Below are positions 1 to 14,222 of a stretch of DNA of 64,000 bases, in pieces. Position 1 is the first letter of the stretch, and the number at the start of each line of letters is the position of its first letter. The notes beneath the pieces were generated by a model. It saw only the letters and a program-made list of their open reading frames with translations. It did not search any database and was not told where the DNA came from. Location of the stretch: positions 26,722,001 to 26,786,000 of the forward strand of contig NC_043009.1 in assembly GCF_006345805.1 (NCBI RefSeq), given 5' to 3'. The position numbers and the translations under genes are program-made. The DNA is from Octopus sinensis. Lineage: Eukaryota.

Positions 1-39
1 AAATCTTCACCTACTTGAGAAGCATTTGTTTGCTTTCTT

Positions 40-400
40 TCAATCATTTCAGTCATTTGACTGCAGCCATGCTGGAGCACTGCCTCTAGTCGAACAATTT
101 GACCCCACGAATTTTTCTTTCTAAGCCTAGTACTTATTCTAGCAGTCTCTTTTGCCAAACCGCTACATTACAGGGACGTAAGCACACCAACATTGGTTGT
201 CAAGCGATAGTGGAGAGACAAATACAGACATACACACAAATACATCAGGCTTCTTTCAGTTTCCGTCTACCAAATCCACTCACAAGGCTTTTGTCAGCCC
301 AAGGCTATAGTAGAAGACAGTTGCCCTAGGTGTCACACAATGGGACTGAACCCGGAACTATGTGGTTGGTAAGCAAGCTACTTACCACACAGCCACGCCT
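40..400 (-). mobile_element. CORE-type SINE
   Basis: Reverse complement of the 62465-62885 family (gggactgaacccggaac...cttaccacacagcca). Confidence 0.85.
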
Positions 401-2209
401 GAGTTTTTTAACATGTGTCTATAAAGGAATTTTTCATGATGAAAAACAACAGCTTCAGGCTGTTTAAACAAACATTAAGCATTGTTATTAGGATAAAGAT
501 TTTACTCTAGAGCTATTTCTATTGCATAATTTGAATTTTATTCATATTTAAGATTTTCAATTTTGTATCCTATTTTTTTCTCTCTTTGCTGTCAACTACA
601 GCATGGTGTTGGCATGGGAAGGTGTTTCCGAAAAGAACAACACTGTTTGCAATCAAATTGGATTTTATAATTGAAGACAAAAATTAATATAGATAACAGT
701 TACATTGCTGCTGTACTTAATGTATGAACGAGGAAGGAAAAAAAAACATCTTCAAAAGCTGAAGTATTTCAAAAACCATATTATGAGATTTGTTTCTCGT
801 GAACACCTGACTGACAGAAGTTTGAAATACTAAATCTATGAGATAGGACAACTATAATTGAGTTTCAGTGAAACTCTCTAAAAAATGCCTGACCCGTGGC
901 ATATTATCCAAGATCTATCAGGAGGGTTTGATACCCAGGAAGAGAAACCAAGAACATCTCAGTTATAGATAGAGAGTTCTGGTTTCAATGTCAATCAGAA
1001 ACAAATTCGGTGCAAATGCAGCTGAGCTCTGACAGATCACAGGAAATATGTTGTCTGCTTTGTACTTTGCTGTGAGCAGAAATAAGGGTAAAGAAATTAT
1101 TTTTTTAATCAAGTTTAAATAAAAACATTTTGCTAAGTTAATTTCCAAACAGCAGCTACATGATAAAAAAGAAAAGAAAGAAAAAAAAGCAGATAAATAC
1201 GTCTGTCTTAAGCACATAGACTCATTAGGTCAGAGTTTATTCTCGTTCCCAAAGAGCACAAGGGACAAAGTACTAAAGTTTCCACCACCCCTTGGAAAGG
1301 ACCCCACCCCATTACAGAGTTAACTCCAGCTGCTGCAAGTATTTATTTCCAGCAGAATAGACAGGAGCAATGAAAAGTAAAATACCTTGCCCAAGAGAAC
1401 ATTACATATTAACTGGGATTGAAACCCATGACCTTACAATCGAGAGCCCAGTTGCCTAACCATTAGACCATACTTAATAATGGAAAAAATTAATTATCTA
1501 ACTGAATCCCTCCAAATTACTACCAAACTTAATTGAAACATGTGCACAGTGCATTTCAGAATATCATTAGAAATATTATTAGGGAAAAGTTAATGGAATG
1601 CCAATCTAATTAATGGTCAAATAGTTCAGGCATCATATTTCACTAATTAATTTTCAATGACCTTGTCTACATAATTAACAATTAGATTCAATGCTGCAAA
1701 TACACAACAAAATTCAGGAGTCCCCTGCACATAGTTAGGCCCCAAAGTACAAAAATAGTAAAACATACAAAATACAGTATTACAGTTAACTTCACAAGGG
1801 TTTCATTTAAAATTATAAATACACAGACACCCGAAACTCATCAACTGACACAGTACATTCTTAGAAAAACATTCAGGTTTTCTCTTTGAAATACAAAGGC
1901 AAAACAATCGTAAAATTCATTTTTTGATCAGAAATGTTGATTTAACTGTATTTATAACAATAATAATATTTTCTACTATAGGCACAAGGCCTGAAATTTT
2001 GGAGGAGGAGACCAGTCGATTACATCAACCCCAGTGTTTCACTGCTATTTGATTTATTGAACACCGAAAGGATGAAAGGCAAAGTTGACCTCAGTGGAAT
2101 CTGAACCCAAAACGTGAAGACAGATGAAATACTGCTAAGCATTTCACGCAGCATGCTAACGATTCTGCCAGTTCACCTCCTTAAATAATAACAATAATAA
2201 TAATCCTTT

Positions 2210-2706
2210 TATCACTGAGTCAAAAGAGTACTGGAGTCATAAAACTAAGATTTTGTGGGAATTTCCTATTCAAACAGACAAGAAGTTAGAAAATAATAGA
2301 CGAGATATAACAATTGTAGATATGGAAAAGCAAAATTGCTTACAAATCGACCCACCAAGCCCGTTTGATTTCAGGAGTGAATAGAAAGATGAGGAAAAAC
2401 AAAAAGAATACATTCCCTTAAAATTAGAAATTGGAAGTATTTGGAGCACGAGAACTGTCAAGGTGGTGCCTATAATTGATACATTGGAAACTGAAAGCAG
2501 AGATAGATGCAAATGACTGAAGATTGGAATAGAATGCCCTGTAGAGGTCCTACAGAAAGTTTGTCTCTTAGGGACAGCAAGGATTATCAGGAGGGTTCTA
2601 AGTACTTGAAAGACTGCTAAAAACATGTGGATACCTAAGGTTACAAGTAGTAACCTGCTACCCACATAAATCCTACCAGAAATAAGACCAAACCGAAGTC
2701 AAACCA
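2210..2706 (+). mobile_element. 5'-truncated Dong/R4-clade non-LTR retrotransposon (restriction-like endonuclease domain remnant)
   Basis: Degenerate frame KILWEFPIQTDKKLENNRRDITIVD...LKLEIGSIW...VKVVPII...LQKVCLLGTARIIRRVL, typical of R4/Dong RLE C-termini. Flanked by direct repeat aataatccttt (2199-2209 / 2707-2717). Confidence 0.85.
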
Positions 2707-5700
2707 AATAATCCTTTCTACTATATAGGCACAAGGCCTGAAATTTGGGGGGAGGGAATTAGTTGATTATATCAACCCCAGTACTTGACTGGTACTTGAT
2801 TTATCGACCCTGAAAGGATGAAAGGCAAAGTCAACCTCAGTGGAATTTGAACTCAAAACATAAGGACAGACAAGATGCCTCTAAGCATTTCACCCAGCGT
2901 GCTAACAATTCTGCCAACTCACCACCTTAATAATAATAAAAACTAATTTAGACATAAGGATGAAAATGCAAAGTTGACTTCAGAAGGATTTGAACTCAGA
3001 ATGTAAAAAAATTGGAAGAAATGCTAACAATTCTCCAGTTCAACTTAACAACAATAACAATAATGTGATTCTGGGTCCCTTCGACACAGGAAAAAGACAG
3101 GATGGTCACAAATGGAATGCCTTTGATCATAAGATTACTTGATGAAAGCTGAGCAAGGATTTAACAACAAAAATAACAAAAAGCAGCCAAAAGGTTATCA
3201 TCAAGGACCAGTGCTCAGTGGTCCAGCTTCTAGTTAGATCCAGATCTCCCTGCCCTTCCAACCACACACTGGAGACAATGGTAGTGTATCACCACACTGC
3301 AAGATGACAAACTTATTTATTCCTGACAGCTAACTGGAAGAGAACTTGGACAAGGAGAAACCAAACTACAGTCAAAATATGTGACAAAAATGACCGATAC
3401 TGGAAAAGAAATCAATATATTGTTTCATTGACGGTATGAAAACATGTTCACAGGACAACTTCACTTACAGACACTTTGAATTCAACAGGCTGCATTTAAT
3501 CCACTGTAGCATTGAAAAAAAAAAGGATGTAAAAAAAATGCTTATTTTTGAAAACAATTCACAAAAGCTCAATAGTTTCAAGACTCTAATGAGTTTCTCT
3601 CAACATCTTATTTGTGAAACGCCAATAGAGATTTCTTTCAACAAAGCCCAAACCAAGCTAATTTTTAAAAGGAGATGGGAGTGTAGTCACTTGAACCAGC
3701 TTCAGTATATTACTGGTACTCACTGGATGAAGAGATTTTTAACACAAAGTGGTTTAACCCTTTAAACTCGCAAGTATGCTTTAGCAGGTAATTTCGTTTG
3801 ACTGTCCTTGGAAGACAGAATAGAGAATAGTCAAGTAGTTTTGTGTTTATGGTTTGCTAATTAGCAGAAACCTCAGTATTTTCAGCTGTAAACACAAAAA
3901 CTATGTGGCTGCCTGCTTTTGTGCCTTCCAGAGGTTGCAATGAAATGAAATCATGCCTGGAAACGTGCATATGCAGGATGTAAAGGTTTAAGATCCTGAC
4001 AAAGTTATCTATACATTTATCTAGAGACAGTAGGACAGAATCCCACGGCAGCTTCTTGGAGAGGTGGAAATGATTAGCTTTATCCTAAAGCACCTAAATT
4101 ACCAATATCTAAAACCCAAGACTGAGAAAGGTATTACCAGGTATTATAACTGTTTGCATATAATAACATTGGTTTCAAATTTTGGTACAAGGCCAGCAAT
4201 TTTGGGGGAAGGGGTTAAGTCAATTACATTGACCCCAGCGTTCAACTGGTACTTATTTTATCAACTCATGAAAGGATGAAAGTCAAAGTTGACCTCAGTG
4301 GTGTTTGAACTCAGAACATAAAGACAGACAAATTGCTGCTAAGCACTTTGCCCAGCACACTAACGATTCTGCCACCTTTGCATGCAATAACGCTTCTCAA
4401 AGACCCTTTAGAACTCATTGAAGCCTTCAATTCTCTTGTTTTCTCCCTGGAGAAGTAAAATAGTTGAACTGGCCAACTATTACTAACAGTAACTGTTCTA
4501 AGATCAACAGTGAAGTTAGCATTGTTGATATTTAGTTAGAACTGTGCACTAATTTTTGGTAAGAAGATGTAAGCAAACATGACCCAGTGAAGGTGTGCAA
4601 TTCTGTGGGGAGAAGAGAGAAGTAAAATTGAGAAGACATCAAACATGAGTTTGGAGGAAAGACAGAAAGGAAAGATAGCAGTTCTATTATAAGTACTTTA
4701 GTGATGAGAGATGGCATAGAGCAAGTTAGTACAAGAGAAACAGAACAATTTATAAAAAAAAAAAAGAAGGAAAAAAAACCAACCTTGCAACTATTCAAAT
4801 TGGCAAGAACAAATGTATTTGTTTAATGTAAGGCCTCATTTTATAACCTTGTAATTTTAGAGGTAAGTGTAAAAATGGGCAACACCCAGAGAATCTGCAC
4901 TTTCTTCAGAGGTATAAAAAAATTGGAAGAAAACTACCATTGTAATTTAGAAAGTATTTGCATGAATTTGCCAGACTATGTGAATTTTGAAGAATAATTC
5001 AACCTGAAGGTGCAAATATTAATCCAGTGGCTTTATTAATTCCATTCCCTGCCAGATTTGGCAGTGCCATCTTGATCACTGCTCCAAAATAAAGTCAACT
5101 GCTTCTCAAACTAGCAAATGAACTATCAAATGATTATAGATGTTCTTTCTAAGAATCCAAAAGTTATACCTTCTACAAAGCACCATCACATAGATATAGA
5201 CACATTACACACTAAAAAAATGATCAGATGAATCTGAGTAACAGTTTGTGAGGATTTTTTTCAGTCTTAATAAACTGTATGCTACTCTACCTTTGGTATT
5301 GAGTACTATTTTTCCCACCTTGTTTTCCAACAGTGTCCTTACTAGTGTGCATGTGTATATCAATAAATATTTATTCAAATCATTTATATGGGAAAAAAAT
5401 GATTTTACATAAGGTCTCACAAGCAGCATCCCTGAAATGCCAAGAGAAAGTTTGGTAATATTCGGGTCTTGTCCAAAGACATTAACCCTTTTCAATAGCC
5501 ACTTGCAGTTCCCGGATACTAAAGCCCAGGTTTTAAAGCGTTCATATTTAAATTAAAACTTCCCATCATAATTCTATGCAAAAAAACTCACCTTAAATTA
5601 TGTTCTAAATGCTTGTCTAATAATAGAAATACTGAGTAAACCCTTCCAGCCTTTTGAGAACTATCACCAGGAAAAGCTTAACACCGTAAGTGAAAACCAA

Positions 5701-6549
5701 CTTTAAACCAGAAACCAAAACTGGAAGCTAACCACTTAGGCTGATGTTGCCTCATGTTGTATGTGAAATCTACCCAGATAGCTATTCCTCTCAAATGAAG
5801 AGAAACTTAGAGTGAAGCTGGGGAGTTGATAGTCTACCTTAACTTTGACAACTCTCATAGAGTTTTGGCTCTACCTTCTTGAAAAAAACATTCCTGTGTA
5901 TGTGTGGTGTAACATATATTCACTAATGATACTGCCATAATTGCCTACAATTAAAGGGAGTTTAAATGAAGCTGTAGTGATCATATATACATATTGAAAC
6001 ACATCAACAAGTTATGAAAATAACCCTTTAACAAATGTACAATATAGAGTAGTCATGGGCCACCTTTGGCCCACAGCCACATGCAACCCTCAAAACTACC
6101 TTGAATTTTTTAGCAGTACATCCTACCAGATGTCTCATGTAACCCAATTCTCAAAAAAAGGTAGCTCATGCCTGACATAGAATATATTTATTAAATGATG
6201 CAGGCATACAACACATTTGGAACTGAGTTTCTTGACAGAAATTTATTCAGCACTCATTGTTTTCCAACTGTTGCAAGCATGTTTAATATAGCAGGGAAAA
6301 CAGTTGGTGCAAGCTGAAAGCCAGCACCAAATGTCTTTAAGGGGAAAACTCCTTCTACACTTAATTATGAGACTTTAGTAAAAAAAAAAAAAAAAATACC
6401 TTTATGTCTTTGAAGTCCTTGTACACATCTACTATATACAAGACAGCATTTTAACTGTACTCTTAATTTCCAGCTTACATTCTAACACAGAGAGAAAAAA
6501 GGGAAAACAAACAAACCAGAATGCTACAAAAAGGGAGTGACAAGTCTAG

Positions 6550-6552
<3 letters not shown>

Positions 6553-6610
<58 letters not shown>

Positions 6611-6662
6611 AACACACATTTATACATACACATACATACATACATATATGTATGTATATACA
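6553..6662. repeat. (TA)n(CA)n microsatellite
   Basis: Read directly. Confidence 0.95.
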
Positions 6663-6859
6663 CCAAGTAAATGGTTTCTCTCAAAAGTGAAAAAAAAGTA
6701 CTTTTTTTTATATGCTATTTCGTTTTTTTTTTTTTTTTAGATGGGAAGTGAGGCAGCAAATAGATTAAATCATCTGCTTGGCTGCAACTATCACTCACAA
6801 ATCTGTCATTTTCAGATTCTCGTCATAAAATCTTTTCCCGCAGAAGAACATGTTTAGTA

Positions 6860-9735
6860 ATAACAATAATTTCTTTCTACTATAAACACAAAGCCTAAAA
6901 CTGGGGGGGGGGGGGAGAACCACAGGATATTTGACTACAACAATCCCCGCAATGCTCAACTGGTCCTTATTTTATCGAACCTGAAAGAATGAAATGCAAG
7001 TGGACCTCAGCAGAATTTGAGCTCAAAACACAGTCAGACAAAATGTTGCTAAGCATTTCATCTGATGTGCTAAGAATTCTGCCAGATTGTTACCTTAATA
7101 GCAATAATGGTTTCGAATCTTGACAAGGGGAGAAGGTAAGTTGATTGGATTGACCCCCCAATACGCAACTGGTACTTATTTTATTCTTTTCTACACTAGG
7201 CACAAGGCCCGAAATTTTGGGGGAGGGGGCCAGTCGATTAGATCAACCCTAGTACACAACTGGTACTTATTTTATTGACCTCCTACCACCACCACCAAAA
7301 GGATGAAAAGCAAAGTCAACCATGGCAGAATTCGAACTCAGAACGTAAAGCAGTATGAAATGCCACAAAGCATTTCGTCTGGTGTATTAATGATTCAGCC
7401 AGCTTGTTGTTGCCTTAAATAATAGTAATAAGTTTTGGTATAGAGAAAGACTTATCTAACAGAAGCCAGCCAAGCAGTAAATGAAGAAATGTGAGGCAGC
7501 AAGACAATGGGAAAAGCAAAAACTTACTCAGATCTTTGACAACAGCATATCAAAATAACTTACACAGATGTGGCAAATATATTAACCAATTCAGAAGAAA
7601 TGGGAAGGAGGCAGAGGAGGGTCTTTCTCTCCTCTCTCCCCACATCGCTTCCAAATATTGCACTGTTGTAAGATGTAGAGATGTGTGTATTCATTATCTT
7701 CGTTATCATATTTAAGTTTTGGCATATATACTAGAAAAGGTCATTTTTTAAAAATGTAGGAAAGGAATAAAGAATTAGACCCCCATCAATATGCAAAACA
7801 AATATAACTGTAGCAATCTTGTAACTCTGAAAAAAGATTTCGAATTTTCTTACTTTTAATAAAGTTTTTACCATAAATTTTCATATGACCCCTGCATAAA
7901 CTTTACAGCTCTGCTCCTAACACATCTAATGAGAACCAACAGTCAAAAATATATCTCCAGGCTTAAAGGGTTAAATGAGGTTTAACATTAATGAAAAGAA
8001 AAAAAAACATCAAAATCATAACATTTCACATTTAATTGTATTTTTTTTTTAAATGTAAAAATGTTTTCATTTAAAATGTAATTAAACAAAATAATTATCA
8101 TTTCTAATTTAGGCACAAAGCCAGCAATTTATGGAGAGGGAGCTACTTTATTTTAAGGATCTTGAGAGTACGAAAGGTAAAGATGACCTCAGCAAGATTT
8201 GAACCCAGAACAAAGATCTGGAATAAATACTCTTAGAATAGCAACAATGGTTTCAAATTTTGGCACAAGGTCAGCAATTTGGGGGGATGAGGTAAGTTGA
8301 TTGCATCGACCCCAGCGCATTACTGGTACTTATTTCATCAACCTTTGAAAGGATGAAAGGCAAAGTCAAACTCAGTGGGATTTGAACACAGAACGTGAGG
8401 GGCCAGAAGAAATGCTGATAAGAATTCTGCCATCTTGCTGCCTTCAGAATAATGATTTTAAATTTTGGCTTAAGGCCTGCATTTTAGGGGCCAGGGGGCG
8501 GGTAGGGGAGTTAGTCGAGTACATGAAGCCCAATGCTCAACTGGTACTTATTTTATCAACCTTGGAAAAATGAAAGGCAAAGTTGACCTCAGCGGAATTT
8601 GAACTGAGAATAGAAAGAGCCAAAAGAAAATGCTGATAAGCATTTTCTCCTGTATGCTAATGATTCTGCCTGCTTGCTGCCTTCAGAATGGTAATAAACC
8701 ATTTTACAAACTAGAAATTAAGTGTCTGTCCTGACTCTTAGATAAACACTCAACAGAGCCTAAATTTCACAAATTAATTCTTAAATAAACCAGGTTTTCA
8801 AAGTTTCGAAAATATTTTGTAACAAAAAGTACAAGGTTGCAAAACTGATTAGGATGTTATTTCCTAGGGAAAAAAAAAAATTCTACTTTTTGCACAAGGC
8901 CAGCAATTAGGGGTAAGATGAGGATAGTCAAACACATCAGTCCCAGTACATGACTGGGATTTTATTTTACCGATTCCTGAAGAGACAAAAGGCAGAGTTG
9001 ACTTTAGCAGGAACTGAGCTTAGCATGTAAAGAGCTGGAAGAAATGGTGCCAAGCATTTCGTCTGACACACTAATGATTCTACTAGCTTGCCACCTTAAC
9101 AATAATCCTTTCTACTAAAGGCACAAGGCCTGAAAGTTTGGGGGAGGGAGCCAGTAGATTAGATCAACCCCAGTACACAAATGGTATTTAATTTATCGAC
9201 CCCGAAAGGATGAAAGGCAAAGTCAACCTTGCAGAATCTGAACTCAGAATGTAAAGACAGATGAAATGCCACTAAGCATTTTGCCCAGCATGCTAACAAT
9301 TCTGCCAGCTTGCTGCCTTCGTTAATATAATAATAATCCCAATTTCTAATTTTGGCACAAAGCCCACATTTTGAGAGACAAGAGTAAGTCAATTATACTG
9401 ACCCCAGTAATTGACTGGTACTTTATTTTATCAACCCTGGATGAATTTTGAACTCAATATTTAACGAGTTTTAAGAAATTCCAGAAAATATTTTGTTTGA
9501 TGCTCTCTAACGATTTTGCCAGTTCACTGCCTTACTAATTCTAGGTGAAAGGGTGTAGGTTAATTACATTGACCACAGAGCTCAAATGGTGTTTGTTTTA
9601 GTTATTCCAAAAGGACGACAGGCAAAGTCAACCTCGACAGCATTTGAACTCTGAACATAAAGCTGTAAGAAGCATTTTGTCCAACACTGGAACAATTTTG
9701 CCAGTTTACTGCCAACAACAACAACAACAATAATG

Positions 9736-9779
<44 letters not shown>

Positions 9780-9780
9780 C
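6860..9780 (-). mobile_element. Head-to-tail clusters of Meta-type SINEs (about 9-10 copies or fragments)
   Basis: Repeated ggcacaaggcc...aaaggatgaaaggcaaagtcaacct...gaactcagaa...ctgccagct modules separated by (AAT)n. Further copies at 1960-2183, 2707-2930, 4160-4380, 9950-10210, 10915-11260, 26840-27127 and 28410-28575. Confidence 0.85.
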
Positions 9781-10674
9781 CATCCTTTAGTTTCAACACT
9801 GAAAGTATCGAGATTACATGGAATTCAAAAAGAAAAGAACTTGGAAAATAGAAAGAAAAAAATAAAATAAAAAGAAAAAACAGATTGGCAATAACAAATG
9901 TGTTTCGAAAAAAAATATCTTACATATTATACAAAAAGGGATAAATTTGAGGCAAAGGGGGTCATTGAATTAAATTGATCCCTCAGTGAATTTGCCCAGT
10001 ACTTTTATTCTTTTGACTGAAGGTGGTGGTGGTGGTAGGGTGGGTTATTGATGTGGGGTTGGTTTGATGACTGAAAGGCAAAAGCTGACATCGGAGGGAT
10101 TTAAATTCAGAAAATAGAGAGAAAAGGGGTGGGGGGAGAGAGTATAACTACTAAATACCGTAAGTCATTTTGTCTGGTAATGTTACCAATTCCGCCATTT
10201 GTTGCCCTTTGACCTTCCGCTTAGGAAAGAATAATAAGGATAACATGAAAAGCAAATGAATAAATTAAAGAACAAAAGAAATCAATTTGTAAAACAGAAA
10301 TGAAAAAAAAAGGAAAAGAAAAAGATTAAAACTTCTTGTCTCAGTTTTTTTTTTTCTTTTTTTGGTCAGTTTTGTAATGTATTCACACAACTTTGCTTGC
10401 ATCCAATGTCTTTGCTATAGATCGGAATGTAGACTAAGTTCAGAGACTAGACAAGCACCTTGCAGAGAAACAGAAAATGCTAGCCCAGGGTTAGATAGAT
10501 ATCACAATAATTTGAATTTAATGTATTCAGGATGGAGAAGAGGAATTAAAAAAAAAAAAAAAACATACCATCCTACAAAGAAAGTCCCATATTTTTCATA
10601 TTTTGTCAAGTTGATATGGTTTTTCTTTTTTCTTTGTCCCCCACTTCACCCCTCTCTTTCTTGGCTGTCTCCGA

Positions 10675-10962
<288 letters not shown>

Positions 10963-11269
10963 TCATTGACCCCAAAAGGATGAAAGGCAATGTCAACCTC
11001 AGCAGAATTTGAACTCAGAACATAGCAAAATACCACTAATCATTTCACTCAGCATGCTAACGATTCTGCCACCTCGCCACCTTAATAATAATAGTGATAA
11101 TAATAATATAGATTTCAAATTCTGGCACAAGGCCAGCAATTTTAGAGGAAGGCATAAATCGATATCATTGACCTCAGTGCAAAACTGGTACTTATTTTAT
11201 TGACTCCAAAAGGGTGAAAAGACAAAGTCAACCTTGGCAACATTAGAAATCAGAACATAAGAAGCATCA

Positions 11270-12091
11270 AATGTGGTGTGCAAGAGAGACGACGGCACTG
11301 GTATGGTCATGTGATACATATGAAGACAGCTGTGTGAGGAAATGCCACTCCCTAACTGTAGCAGGAACCTATGGAAGAGGTCAACCCAGGAAGAGATAGG
11401 ATGAGGTGGTGAAGCATGACCTTCGAACACTGGGCCTCACAGAGGCAATGACAAGAGAACGGGACAATTGGAGATATGCTGTGATTGAGAAGACCCGGCA
11501 ACTAAAGTGAGATCGCAACCATGCATGTCCAGCCCTGTTAAGAATACCCCTGATGTGTCAGGCAATATGATATGCTTGAGAAGATTAGTTGAATCAAGTA
11601 AAACCAATATCATATCTGTGACTAGTGCCCCCTGACTAGTTCCCGTGCCAGTGGCACGTAAAAAGCACTATCCAAATGTGGTCAATGCCAGATCCACCTG
11701 ACTGGCTCCTGTGCTGGTGGCATGTAAAAAGCACCATCTGAATATGGGTGACGCCAAGTCTGCCTGACTGGCTCCCGTGCTGGTGGCATGTAAAAAGCAT
11801 TAACCGATTGTGGCTGATGTCAACCTCCTGACTGGCTCTTGTGCCAGTGGCACGTAAAAAGCACCATCCAAACATGATCGATGCCAGGCCCACCTGACTG
11901 GCTTCTGAGCCGATGGCACGTAAAAAGCACCCACTACACTTTTGGAATGGTTGGTATTAGGAAGAGCATCCAGCTGTAGAAACATTGCCAGATCAGACTG
12001 GAGCCTGGTGCAGCCGCTGGCTCTCCAGACCTCAAACTGTCCAACCCATACCAGCATGAAAAACGGACGTTAAACGATGATGATGATGATG
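11270..12091 (+). mobile_element. RTE-clade LINE 3' end (RT C-terminus, 3'UTR with ~65-bp tandem array, (GAT)n tail)
   Basis: Remnant WYGHV...EVVKHDLRTLGLTEAMTR...WRYAVIEKTRQ*; five GTGGCACGTAAAAAGCAC units; ttaggaagagcatccagctgtag; ends gatgatgatg. Confidence 0.8.
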
Positions 12092-13520
12092 AATATGCAG
12101 TACCAGACAGCAGCTCTCATGGCTGCTGATCTTAACTGATTGGAGGTGTTATCACATACATTGTTTTGTCTCGGTATAAAAGATGGGCTACAGTAAATAT
12201 TCTGCTCAATACCAGATTCACTTGTCACTCATTTGATCGTAACCAGCTGAACACATCCCATATTTACATTGGACAGATATGTGTCCTCATCTTGGTTGTT
12301 GTTACCACAATATGTCCCTTGGTGGCTGATGATTTGTGCATCTCTGATCAGGAACAGAAGTAGTGGGGGAGTATCATAGCCATGTGTTGAGAGGAATACT
12401 TTGCAGTTTGGATAATTCACCTTTGGAAACATGAGTGTTTCATTCAACATCCCCAAACAAACCTTATTCAAAGACCATTTGAGTGGGATGGGCTATTCAA
12501 CCTGAAGAAAATTCTAACTGGGCCCCACCTTCAAAGGCATGCACTGTATATCTTGAAATGAGATCACCATGTTGTGCAGATATGGTTGTGATGTATGTGC
12601 CTAGTGTACCCTTATCAGACGGATAGTCATGTTGGATACATTAGCCTTCGTATATTTGTACCACAGAGCCACTTTGATGGCATGCACTGCTCTTTCACTC
12701 AATAATAATAATTTCTAAAATAGGCACACAATCACAAATTAAGAACGGAACAGTTGTAACACCTTGGGCAAGTGTTTCCTACTGTAGTTCCAGGTTTGCC
12801 AAAGCCTTGGGAGGGGATTCAGTAGATGAAGTCTGAAAGAAGCCTGTTGTATGTGTATGCTTGTGTAGATATATGTGTATACTTGTAAGAGTACGAGTAT
12901 GTATGCTTGTATCTTGACATCATGTGATAGCTGTAAATGAGTGTCACTGTCATACAAGCAGTGTCATTCATTTCCAATACTCTGCAAAAACATGCCAGGC
13001 CATGTGGAAATATTACTTTGCTTGAAAACAGATGAGGGTTAGTGACAGGAAATGCATCCAGACCTAGAAAAGAATTCGCCTCAAACTCTATCCGACCCAT
13101 GCAAACATAGAAAAGTGGACGTTATAACAATGGTGACGAATAACAATATTGATACAATCAAAAATTAAGGGGAAATGAACAGCTGATTGTATCAACCCAT
13201 ACCCACTAACCCCAGGATTAAACTAGCAAGTATCTTAATGCCCCAGGAACAATGAGAGACAAAAGTAAACCTTGATAGGATTTGAACTCAGAACACAGAG
13301 GTACATAAATAACACATTATTGATTGTACCACCAACACCACTCTCAATAATAGTTCTTTACCACGTGATACAATCTTTCAAAGAGGAATATACATGTGTC
13401 TGTGTTTGAAAAAAAAATGAAAATGGGGAAACTCAGAGTAGCTATCTCTATATGATGTGTGAAGCCTCCTCAGTTTCGAATACAAGACTTAAATGTTGAG
13501 ACACGAACTTGTATACTTAC

Positions 13521-13644
13521 AGTGGTTACCTCCCTTACAACCAAACGCCATACATATCAGTGTCATTAGGGAGATCAACAAAGGCACGGTGATAGCTGAA
13601 TATTTGAAGTTGTTATCGCTGTCAAGTCGATTGGCAAGTAAGAT
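13521..13644 (-). CDS. TMEM185: TMEM185 coding exon 6
   Basis: caatttcag| ... CAC T|gtaagt; 124 nt; ILLANRLDSDNNFKYSAITVPLLISLMTLICMAFGCKGGNH. Confidence 0.97.
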
Positions 13645-14222
13645 CTGAAATTGAAAAAAACAACAGATAATAATAGACAAATCAACTAAAATACACATAC
13701 ATATATACAAAAATGTGTCGTAGTGCACCTGAGCCCTGTATACAGCAATTTCTTTCAGATATATATACAAAACGTAACTGAATAGAATCAGTTATTGCTT
13801 CTCTTTTGTTGGATGGATGTTCTCCAACAAAGCAACTCACCACAAGTTGAAGGTTATTTTTTTTGTTATCATCGCTTTTGTTAAGGGCAAACGTGACTGT
13901 GTTAAAGAAGTTTGCTTTCCAACTATGTAATCTCAGGTTCAAGTCCCACTTTGTGGAACCTTGAGAAAGTGTCCTTTGTGAACTCGGTAGACTTAAACAG
14001 AAAGAAGCTGGTCAAATCATCATCATTTAACGCTCGTCTTCTATGCTAACATGTGGACAGTTTGGCAGGAGCTGGCAAGCTGCACCTGGCTCCAATTGTG
14101 TATTTCGGTATCATTTCTACAGCTGGATGTCCCTCCTAACACTAACAACTTTACAGTATGTAGTGGCTGCTTTTTACTTGGTACCAGCACCAGTGCTTTT
14201 TACATCATCATCATTATTATTA

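Noticed and set aside
11620-11935. CRISPR-like array (conserved palindromic core plus variable linkers, ~65-bp period)
   Set aside because: The linkers are homologous to each other, the array is inside a LINE 3'UTR, the context is eukaryotic, and no cas genes are present.
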